This document shows, piece by piece, positions 1 through 7,284 of a DNA stretch of 32,000 nucleotides (the first letter of the stretch is position 1; each line of letters begins with the position of its first letter). The stretch is from the NCBI GenBank assembly GCA_965231145.1, contig OZ246420.1:510001-542000 (forward strand). Direction: 5' to 3'. Position numbers and translations under genes: made by a program. The notes under the pieces were generated by a model, which worked only from the letters and a program-made list of their open reading frames with translations, was not told the origin of the DNA and searched no databases. The DNA comes from Candidatus Saccharimonadota bacterium. Lineage in GTDB: Bacteria > Patescibacteriota > Gracilibacteria > Absconditabacterales > Absconditicoccaceae.

Positions 1-1
1 A

Positions 2-238
2 CTAGGTCATTACCTAAATTATTTTCATGACGAAGACGATTCATGATTTAAATCTCTCTGCTGGGAAGGAGATACATCTATCTGTTCAAGCTCTCAGTTT
101 ATCACGAACTATGCATCTACTGAGCCAGATGAAGACTATGCAGAATCATTTGCCTATTACGCACTCAATGACCGGCCGGTCAGCAACGATCTTCTCCAGC
201 AGAAAATAGATTACTTTAGAGCAAAGTTTCCTAAGTAA
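2..238 (+). CDS. 3' end of a gene entering from upstream. C-terminal fragment of a putative metallopeptidase-like protein.
   Basis: Frame 2 is open from the window edge to TAA 236-238 if TGA 44-46 is read as Gly. The tail ...QFITNYASTEPDEDYAESFAYYALNDRP resembles the 'EDFAESF' C-terminal motif of peptidase-like families. A hairpin plus T-run follows. Confidence 0.4.
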
Positions 239-255
239 TACAAGACTTTATCGCA

Positions 256-278
256 AACAGGTTCATCCCTGTTTTTTT
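256..278 (+). terminator. Rho-independent terminator of the partial upstream gene
   Basis: aacagg-ttcatc-cctgtt hairpin followed by a T-run (272-278). Confidence 0.5.
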
Positions 279-299
279 AATTTCTCCTGCCGGAGAGGG

Positions 300-543
300 C
301 GCCTTCGAAAAGGTCTAGTCGGATATAGCACTACGAGCCTGTGTAACCCTCATGTATTGCATACGAAGTATTTCGCTGTCGCGCACATCACAGCGACTCC
401 AGCTCAATACTAACACTCCTATCATACCTCAAGATCGTAAAGAGGAGACGTGGGTATATCCGACGAATAAGAAGATACATAAATATAACAAATGATTTCT
501 AAAGCCATGTTAAAAAAAACTTCCGTGAGATACGGAAGTTTTT
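300..543 (+). ncRNA. Candidate structured small RNA of unknown family. Strand is tentative.
   Basis: A non-coding gap lies between two terminators and is clearly more GC-rich than its flanks. Long-range pairing gtcggatata (about 318-327) with tatatccgac (about 454-463). Internal 7-bp hairpin tcgctgt/acagcga. A nearly G-free stretch of about 38 nt carries CUCC motifs (actccagctcaatactaacactcctatcatacctc). It ends at the strong 512-543 terminator. Confidence 0.25.
512..543. terminator. Bidirectional rho-independent terminator (clpC on the minus strand, candidate sRNA on the plus strand)
   Basis: A8 run, stem cttccgt/acggaag, T5 run. Confidence 0.6.
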
Positions 544-547
544 CTTA

Positions 548-3133
548 TTATGCATTCATCATCTGGTCGATAAGCTGAGGTTCGATCTCGTCATAAATGT
601 ATCTTTCGATAGGACGAGCTCCAAACTGAGGATTGTATATTTTGTCGATAATTTCTTCTACTTTTTTCTTGGTAAACTTTGGTATCTTCACTCCTTCCTT
701 TTCTTTCCATGCAGCAAGGAATTCAGTTACCTTCATGACAAATATTTCACCAAGCGCTTCCTTGCTCAGGGGTCTGAAGACGATCGTATAGTCAAGTCTA
801 TTGAGAAGCTCAGGCTTCATGTGGTCTTTCAGGCGTTCCATGATGCGCTGTTTCTGCTGATCAAAGTCTTTATTTGCTATATGCTTTTCATCTCCGCCTT
901 CAAATCCAATAGATGCAATCTTTTTACCAAATTCTTCTGAACCAATATTTGATGTAAGGATAATAATCGTTGATTTAAAGTCTATCCAGCGCCCTTTATT
1001 ATCTTTGAGATGTCCTTCATCGAGAATCTGGAGTAATATGTTCAAGACATCAGGAGATGCCTTTTCCATCTCATCAAAAAGAACAATACTGTAAGGCTTT
1101 CTTCTGACTGCTTCCGTAAGTACTCCTCCTTCATCGTATCCAACATATCCTGCAGGAGATCCGATAAGTTTTGAAGCGCTATGTTTTTCCATAAATTCTG
1201 ACATATCGACACGGATGAGTGCTTTCTCGTCTCCAAAGTATTCTTTTGCAAGAAGCTTTGCGAGATAGGTCTTACCGACACCTGATGGTCAAAGGAAAAG
1301 AAATGAAGCAATAGGTTTATTTTTTTGTACTACCGAAAGCCTGTTTCTTTTGATAGATTTAACTACAGCTTCGATCGCATCTTTTTGCCCTACAACACTT
1401 CCTTCAAGGCGTCATTCAAGTCTCTTGAGCTTATCTGTCTCACTTTCTGTCACCATATGTGCTGGCACACCGATCTTATCAGCGAGGACCTGTCAAACAT
1501 CAAACACTGATACGGTAGGTCTGAGATGTTCAGGAAGCGTATTTTTCATACGAAGCGTCTTCATGTGTGCTTTGATCTTCTCTTCTTGTTCCTTTAGTTC
1601 GGCAGCCTGGAAGTAATCCTGTTTCTCGATAGCTTTTTCTATCTTTTCTTGTACACCAAGAAGCTTTTCTTCCTGTTTTTTATAGTCATTATTCTTCTCA
1701 AGCTTTTCGTTCATAGTAGACTTTCTTGCAGATGCTTCATCGATAATATCGATAGCCTTGTCAGGTAGATGCTTATTGAGGATATATCTTTTCGAGAGTT
1801 CTACTGCCTGTGCAATAGCTTTATCGTCAATGACTACTCCGTGATAATCTTCAAAATTCTTTTTAATGCCCTGAAGGATAAGCATCGTATCATGAGTATT
1901 TGGTTCATCGATATGAAGCTCCTGAAATCTTCTTTTCAGTGCAGCATCTTTTTCGATATGTTTCTGATACTCATCAAATGTGGTAGCACCAATAAGCTTG
2001 ATCTTACCACGTGCGAGCAGAGGCTTCAGCATATTTGCTGCATCAGCACTTCCCTCTTGGTTACCAGATCCGATGATCGTATGTATTTCATCGATGAACA
2101 GGATGATGTTGTTTGTCACATCAGCAGCTTCTTCAAGGATAGCTTTAAGTCTTGATTCAAATTCACCACGATATTTTGTTCCTGCAAGAAGCGTTCCCAT
2201 ATCAAGCATCATGATACGCTTGTTTTTGAGTTTCTCTGGAACTTCTCCGAGCACAATACGCTGTGCGAGTCCTTCTACTACTGCTGTCTTACCAACACCT
2301 GGTTCACCAAGAAGCAATGGATTATTTTTTGTCTTTCTCAAAAGCGTATAGATGATCTGTTGGATCTCTTTATCACGACCAATCACTGGATCGAGATATT
2401 TATCTTTCGCTTCCATCGTGAGATCAGTTCCGAAGAATTCTATCGTGAGTTTTTTCTCATCACCTTTTTTATCTTTACCCATAGTAACGGTACTACTATT
2501 GATAGTACTTTCTACTCACAAGTCCTCTCCTCCTTCCGGAAAATCATGATCCATCGCGTTGAGGATAGTATCAATAGATTCTTTTGTCTCAAATTGGAAC
2601 ATACTTATGTCATTGAGTGATAAATTAAGCTGTGATATAAGCTTACCGATCATTCCGAAAAACGCAACTATGCCTATCTGCTGAACTACAGGGTTATGCA
2701 TGAGCATTTGTAGCTTGTTCTTTATGGTTATGACGTCTGTGTCATGCTGTTGGAGGTAGTGAGCAAGTTGAGTAGACAGTTGGTCAATTGCTATGTATAA
2801 TAATACTAAAAAGTTGTTTTTTGCGTCATTGTATTGTTCAAGTTCAGCGAGCTTCATATGCAGGTTAGAACTTAGCGAAAGGTTCTTTATAGTTATAGAA
2901 GGTTGTAGCTCATTTGCTATGTCATAAAATTCTGTAATATATTTCTGGATATGAGTCGTCTCATGGAGTCCCAGAAACTTCCAGAACAGTTCAAAAAATT
3001 TCTTTTCTTTTGTATACATGAAAATACCGAGGAACATCTCATCTCCATCGATACTCTGTTTGCGTTGCGCGATACTAAATATGCTTGCATATGCAAGGTA
3101 ACGTATGTTATCTGATCCACTCTTCTTAGTCAT
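548..3133 (-). CDS. clpC: Class III AAA+ chaperone/unfoldase of the ClpC/ClpB family (861 aa, code 25)
   Basis: Track ORFs 548..1204, 1493..2482 and 2516..3133 are in one frame and joined by TGA codons (2516-2518, 1493-1495, about 1408-1410, 1289-1291). TGA 1289-1291 is the first Gly of the NBD2 Walker A motif LFL[G]PSGVGKT. NBD1 Walker A is GEPGVGKT. The short middle domain carries a UVR-like '[13 protein letters not shown]' motif, typical of ClpC. A degenerate Clp_N repeat sits at the N-terminus. Confidence 0.9.
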
Positions 3134-3156
3134 ATACCTTTTATCAGCTTCTAAAA

Positions 3157-3241
3157 AGCACTTAGATGTTAGGTTTTAGATGTTGGCTAGATGCTATGAT
3201 CTAACATCTATAATCTAATTGCTATAATAAGTTTGTTAGTG
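3157..3241. repeat. Palindromic 5'-region element, copy A (upstream of clpC)
   Basis: About 85 nt aligns by eye with 13787-13875. Core is ttagatgttag..N..ctaacatcta (10-bp inverted repeat) plus reiterated TAGATG units. Confidence 0.6.
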
Positions 3242-3248
3242 AAGAGCT

Positions 3249-3265
3249 GTCCAAAGCTCCAAAGG
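3249..3265. repeat. Left arm of the 17-bp inverted repeat flanking the four-helix-bundle gene
   Basis: gtccaaagctccaaagg versus the reverse complement of 3729-3744 (gtccaaactccaaagg). 16 of 17 match. Confidence 0.55.
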
Positions 3266-3316
3266 CATGAGTCATCCCGTACTTTCCTATCGTAGACAGG
3301 CTAGATCCGGAATCTA

Positions 3317-3691
3317 TTATTTCTTATCAGTTGTCGCTTGTTCCTTAGTCTTATCGCTTTTCATCGCTTTCATGAGTCCGGAGATCATCTTAGCGATATC
3401 GAGAGCTTCATTGTAATATATGTCAAACGTCTTATCATCTACATAATCCAATTCTTTTGCTATATGGAGCATAGAACGGAGCTGGGCTGACGCTCATTTT
3501 GCATCTCATAGATACATAAGGGCATATTTTGACTGTTGCCCATGTCCTATAGCAATATTGTTTTGTATAGAGAAGCATGCTTTGCATATCATCTCTTTAA
3601 GGATATCCTCTACATCTTTCAAGTGAGAATAGAGAGTCACACTAAGGTCTCTAGCTTTCTGCCAGCAGTTAAGTTCTTCAAATGTTTTCAT
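3317..3691 (-). CDS. Four-helix-bundle protein (the '23S rRNA intervening-sequence protein' family), 124 aa
   Basis: The N-terminus MKTFEELNCWQKARDLSVTLY matches the family hallmark (FEDLxVWQKA). Track ORF 3506..3691 continues through TGA 3506-3508 and 3494-3496, giving ...YL[G]DAK[G]ASAQL (family 'GS' motif), and ends at TAA 3317-3319. Confidence 0.85.
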
Positions 3692-3728
3692 GTTTTTGTA
3701 TATGTTTTAGAAGGATAAAGTTTTGTAT

Positions 3729-3744
3729 CCTTTGGAGTTTGGAC
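3729..3744. repeat. Right arm of the inverted repeat flanking the four-helix-bundle gene
   Basis: cctttggagtttggac is complementary to 3249-3265. Confidence 0.55.
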
Positions 3745-3855
3745 CTGGCTTATAAACTTAAAAAGCAAAGGTGAAAGAGCAGGATTAAAGAAGGAGTAAT
3801 CAATTAATGAAGAACACCAATTTTTATTTTGCTCTTTGCTCTATAAGTTTTCAAT

Positions 3856-4044
3856 TTATTTGTCTTTCTTGTTCTTATCTCTGAGTTTCTTTATTTCTTC
3901 CACTCCTCCTTTCACAAATTCGCCGGCTTTCTTTCGAAAGCTTTTTCATTTTGGCGTCATACTCGCTCAGACTCCGAGGATCGTAGTCCCAAGTATGGCT
4001 CCTATCAGTAGTTTATTGAGTTTTTTTTCTATCTTAGGGCTCAT
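3856..4044 (-). CDS. Small YtxH-like membrane-anchored protein (62 aa)
   Basis: ATG 4042-4044 is preceded by an AGGTGA Shine-Dalgarno sequence. Translation is MSPKIEKKLNKLLIGAILGTTILGV[G]ASMTPK[G]KSFRKKAGEFVKGGVEEIKKLRDKNKKDK with 2 TGA-Gly codons. The pattern resembles YtxH (GxxxG helix, then PKSGKExR). Confidence 0.55.
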
Positions 4045-4202
4045 GCGTATCACCTAGATAACTAAAGTGCTATATTTATAGACAACATTCTTATAATTAC
4101 AAGAGTAATCCTACTAAAAAATCCCATAAATATCGAGAAACTATATTATCATTGACTTGATAAAAATACGATATATTGATCTTATTTCGTCGAGAGAAAT
4201 GC

Positions 4203-4230
4203 TTGACTTTCAGCTATACAGGACTATCAT
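4203..4230 (+). promoter_or_regulatory. Putative sigma70-type promoter for the 4260 gene
   Basis: TTGACT (4203-4208), 16-nt spacer, TATCAT (4225-4230), about 30 nt upstream of the ATG. Confidence 0.35.
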
Positions 4231-4259
4231 TTTAAGCACATCAAACACAAAATAATACT

Positions 4260-4703
4260 ATGAAATTTGTACAACTTAAATCAGGAGATGTTATCATTGT
4301 TTGTCATGAACAATTGAAAAGGAAAAAAGTAATTGCTATTCATGGCAGGAATATTAATTCTCCTTCACTCAAAATGGCAACTTATTCTGCAAACAGGATC
4401 TGTCCTCATACAATTGTGCATGCAGAGACAGTAATAAATCTTCTTTCCCAGAAGATACGCGAAAATTTCTATATCGGTGAGCATATAGCATCGAAAGAGA
4501 CTACGCCAGCCCAAGTAACTAAAACGCTTAAGGGTTTATGTGAAACATTACAAATACCTTATGTTGCTTGTGATCCTAAAGCTGCTCAGCAAGAGCTTGC
4601 AAGAAGGAAATTACATACACAATTACGGCGAAGGAAGTTATTGCAAGCATGAAATGCCCGGTTTATCCGGGATTTTTTTTGTAAAAAAACGACCCTAAAA
4701 TAG
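4260..4703 (+). CDS. Hypothetical protein. It is 147 aa if TGA 4650-4652 is read as Gly, or 130 aa if that TGA terminates.
   Basis: Open frame starting MKFVQLKSGDVIIV... I recognise no family. The only TGA lies directly in front of a canonical terminator, so the 3' end is ambiguous. Confidence 0.45.
4657..4680 (+). terminator. Rho-independent terminator
   Basis: cccgg-tttat-ccggg followed by a T8 run. Confidence 0.6.
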
Positions 4704-4712
4704 GATCGTTTG
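4683..4712 (-). terminator. Rho-independent terminator of the TPM-domain gene
   Basis: The minus strand reads aacgatcct-atttt-agggtcgtt followed by a T7 run. Confidence 0.55.
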
Positions 4713-4739
4713 TTATAAACTATGTTTGCAGTATAGTTT

Positions 4740-6728
4740 TTACCAACCTCCGGTAGCGCCACCGCCACCACTCGAGCCTCCACCAAAGCCACCGAAGCTA
4801 CTACTTCCTCCTGAACTAAATCCAGATCCACTACTATAAGTAGAACTATAAGAAGCTGCACTTGCTGCGGCACTAGCTCTTCTTCTGGTTGCCGCTCTTT
4901 CATCTTCAGCATCTCTTATATCTTTTTTTGCTCTTTCTATGGAGTCTTTAGCTTTTTTGATGACTTCTTGTAACGCCTTGTGCTTAGTAATAAGGTTTAG
5001 CATCGTTTCAGCTTCTTTAAGCATATTTGCCGCGGACTTTGCCATTTCTTTAGCTTTCCTGCCGACATCACTGTCCTTAATGATATGTAGTGCTTCTGCC
5101 GTAAGTTTAGTTGCACTTCCAATAAGAATTGGCAGATCAATAACAGCTTTTTCCCATAAAACATGCTGTGAACTTACTGTATCAAATAAAGCTATATTAC
5201 GCTTGAGCTGCTCTTCTATACTATCAAGTATTGCTTTGCTTTCAGGGAATTTCTGGTTATGCATATCATTAAGCTGCTCTGCTTGCTTTAACTTTGTTTC
5301 AATGCCGCTTATGCTTTGCTGAGCGCGAGTGAAATTTCCTTCTAAAGGAGACCATACTTCTTTTATCGCATTTGCTATGAGATATTTTAAAGCCTTGTCT
5401 GCCAATAGAATAATATCACGAAGAGGTTGTTGAGACTGTTTACGCAAAAGTGTTATCCTGCTGGCATTATCAATAGGTAACTGCAATTCAGCATCTATGC
5501 TTTGCTGCAAATTATCTATTTTCTGTTGAAGCATCTTGCTCGCATCATATAAATCTTTATGCTCTTCTATGTTTTCTAAAAGCGAATACTCTTGATCCAA
5601 TAGATTATATGCTTCCTCATCATCAGCAAAGATGGTATAAGTCTTTTGCAGTTCCAATAGTCTCTCTTTTAAAGCTGATAGCTTACCACATGTCTTTTCT
5701 TTCTCGTGTACCGCTTCAGTTTCATAGAACTTTATCTTCACTGGCAATGCTTCAACGCTCTTTTTATAAGCATTTTCTGCGTGTTCATAGCGACTAAATA
5801 AGCTCTCTATAAGTGCAATGGCTTTTTCAGGAGATGCATCAATATAGCCTTGTGCTGTTGCAAGCTCCCTTTCCATCTCCTCATATAATTTTCTTATCTC
5901 GGCTCGGTATTGGCTTGCTTCATTTTGTGCCCACGAAGGATATGTATCATGCTGCGCTTTTGCTGCAAGCATAGCCGGATCGATAGAGTTCAGTTTAGTA
6001 AGGAGAATGCTTGCTATTTCTTTTGCTTTCTTGACGGCAAGTTTATGCTCTTTTTTGCGTTTGATACTTCTATCAATGTGGTAGATAAGCAAGCATATGA
6101 GACCCAATATTATAATATATGACGCATATTGTCCTATTGTATACCACATTTCTCTTGTCTCTTGCGCCTCTTTTTCACGTTGCTTTGCTATCATCAATCG
6201 CTTTTCTTCCGATGGTATCTGAGTTTTTACATAGCTTATAAGAGTCTCTATACCATCTTTAAATCCAGCTTGAGGATCTCCATTTTTGAAATGGGAAGTA
6301 ATATTGTTATCGATGATATGTTGAGAGGTGACGTCTGTCAAATACTCTTCCATACCCTTCCCCGTTTCTATACGAACCTTCCTATCCTCCATAGCAAAAA
6401 GCAATAAGATGCCATTGTTAGAGCCTTTATGCCCTATACCCCACTTGTTGAATAAGTCGGTTGCATACTCTTCTATATTGCCTTCATAGTGGTCTTTAAG
6501 AGAAGGAATGGTCACCACTACTACTGCTATACTCGTACTCGCTTCCAGTGCGGTCAATTGCTGTTCATAATAAGCCTGAATGTCGTCACCTATAACATTG
6601 GCGGCATCGGTTATAGCTACAGGTGGATTCGGTTTTGGTAAGAGTCCGTCTTCGTCCTGAGCGATACTCAGCATACATCCTGATAAGAGGATTATCAGAG
6701 ATAAGATACTTTTAATTTTTTGTTTCAT
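4740..6728 (-). CDS. Lipoprotein with a TPM (YgcG-like) domain, one TM helix, a helical/coiled-coil region of about 400 aa and a Gly-rich tail (662 aa)
   Basis: Signal peptide plus lipobox (LLSGC). TPM-domain motifs are present (ITDAANVI..., NNGILLLFAMEDRKVRIETGKGMEEYLTD). The C-terminal GGFGGGSSGGGGATGGW is typical of YgcG-like proteins. Confidence 0.85.
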   Translation of the reverse strand: MKQKIKSILSLIILLSGCMLSIAQDEDGLLPKPNPPVAITDAANVIGDDIQAYYEQQLTALEASTSIAVVVVTIPSLKDHYEGNIEEYATDLFNKWGIGHKGSNNGILLLFAMEDRKVRIETGKGMEEYLTDVTSQHIIDNNITSHFKNGDPQAGFKDGIETLISYVKTQIPSEEKRLMIAKQREKEAQETREMWYTIGQYASYIIILGLICLLIYHIDRSIKRKKEHKLAVKKAKEIASILLTKLNSIDPAMLAAKAQHDTYPSWAQNEASQYRAEIRKLYEEMERELATAQGYIDASPEKAIALIESLFSRYEHAENAYKKSVEALPVKIKFYETEAVHEKEKTCGKLSALKERLLELQKTYTIFADDEEAYNLLDQEYSLLENIEEHKDLYDASKMLQQKIDNLQQSIDAELQLPIDNASRITLLRKQSQQPLRDIILLADKALKYLIANAIKEVWSPLEGNFTRAQQSISGIETKLKQAEQLNDMHNQKFPESKAILDSIEEQLKRNIALFDTVSSQHVLWEKAVIDLPILIGSATKLTAEALHIIKDSDVGRKAKEMAKSAANMLKEAETMLNLITKHKALQEVIKKAKDSIERAKKDIRDAEDERAATRRRASAAASAASYSSTYSSGSGFSSGGSSSFGGFGGGSSGGGGATGGW

Positions 6729-6835
6729 AAAAAATGTTCGTTTGTTTAGTTGTGTGTGATTAATTATTTTTAGCTGTTAATATTGTCTTCTATACTGCTT
6801 TTGTATTATATAGTTCAGATGCTATATGTCAATAA

Positions 6836-7207
6836 TTAATGGACACGCCTGAAGACGCCTACTACCTTTCCGAGGATCTCAAGACCAGCGTGAGGTTCAT
6901 TATCTTTTATGATTTTTAAGGTGAAATTTTCTGTCCTTTCTCTGCCAGCGAGAACCATGATGTCACCTTCCTTCCCGTGGAGCTCTCCCCTATCAACGAT
7001 CACAAAATCTCCCTGGACGATGCCTGCCTGGATCATGCTATCATCTTTAACTCTCAGGAGAAATGTCGATGCCGGATGCGGTACCAGAAAATGATTGATA
7101 TCTATCTCTTTTTGTGTGATATCGATTGCAGGAAAAGGATAACCGGCTGGGACAGAGGAAAATAATGGCATTTTAACTTTTTGTGTACGATCGATCGTTA
7201 TCCACAT
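6836..7207 (-). CDS. S24-family autopeptidase, UmuD-like (LexA C-terminal domain only, 123 aa)
   Basis: PLFSSVPAGYPFPAIDITQKEIDINHFLVPHPASTFLLRVKDDSMIQAGIVQGDFVIVDR shows the UmuD/LexA cleavage-site region and the Ser (DDSM) nucleophile motif. No HTH domain is present, because an in-frame TAA lies 6 codons upstream of the ATG. Confidence 0.8.
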   Translation of the reverse strand: MWITIDRTQKVKMPLFSSVPAGYPFPAIDITQKEIDINHFLVPHPASTFLLRVKDDSMIQAGIVQGDFVIVDRGELHGKEGDIMVLAGRERTENFTLKIIKDNEPHAGLEILGKVVGVFRRVH

Positions 7208-7230
7208 CTGCTTTTGTTTTACAAATTAAA

Positions 7231-7246
7231 TAGAACATTCGTTCTA
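7231..7246. promoter_or_regulatory. Cheo-type LexA SOS box
   Basis: The palindrome tAGAACattcGTTCTa fits the Gram-positive SOS box core GAAC-N4-GTTC. It lies 24 nt upstream of the S24 peptidase start. Confidence 0.55.
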
Positions 7247-7284
7247 TATCGTTTGTGGCAGATTTTTCAAGTCTATTTATCACA

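Noticed and set aside
281-511. Identification of the GC-rich intergenic RNA as SRP RNA, tmRNA, RNase P RNA or a tRNA.
   Set aside because: The defining motifs are absent: GGAAGCAGC and the symmetric loop of SRP RNA, the tRNA-like T-arm and CCA end plus tag ORF of tmRNA, and the GGAAAGUCC P4 helix of RNase P RNA. The segment is also too short for RNase P RNA or tmRNA.
1325-2620. Plus-strand ORFs of 60-128 aa (for example 1769..2155, 1980..2351, 2360..2620) opposite clpC. Similar antisense ORFs occur at 4939..5322, 5910..6407, 7255..7629, 12879..13244, 27402..27701 and 28157..28354.
   Set aside because: They lie entirely inside long, motif-supported genes on the other strand and have low-complexity or hydrophobic shadow-frame composition with no recognisable motifs.
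548-3133. Apparent fragmentation of clpC, and of most other genes, into several ORFs. This looks like pseudogenisation or many frameshifts.
   Set aside because: The fragments are always in the same frame, are separated only by TGA, and those TGAs align with conserved glycines. This is recoding (table 25), not decay.
3161-3213. The palindrome upstream of clpC as a CIRCE (HrcA) or CtsR operator.
   Set aside because: The sequence (TAGATGTTAG/CTAACATCTA) matches neither the CIRCE consensus TTAGCACTC-N9-GAGTGCTAA nor the GGTCAAA direct repeats of CtsR. The same element also precedes a malic-enzyme gene.
3807-3986. A plus-strand 59-aa ORF with an AAGGAG-like Shine-Dalgarno sequence, antisense to the YtxH-like gene.
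   Set aside because: Its product is a low-complexity Leu/Ser/Phe-rich peptide with no motif. The minus-strand frame has an AGGTGA Shine-Dalgarno sequence at ideal spacing and a YtxH-like pattern with TGA on Gly positions. The call remains uncertain.
4260-4652. A cytidine/deoxycytidylate deaminase call for the hypothetical protein, based on an 'HAE' tripeptide.
   Set aside because: The required downstream PCxxC zinc motif is absent; only a single Cys in 'YVACDP' is present. The tripeptide alone is not evidence.
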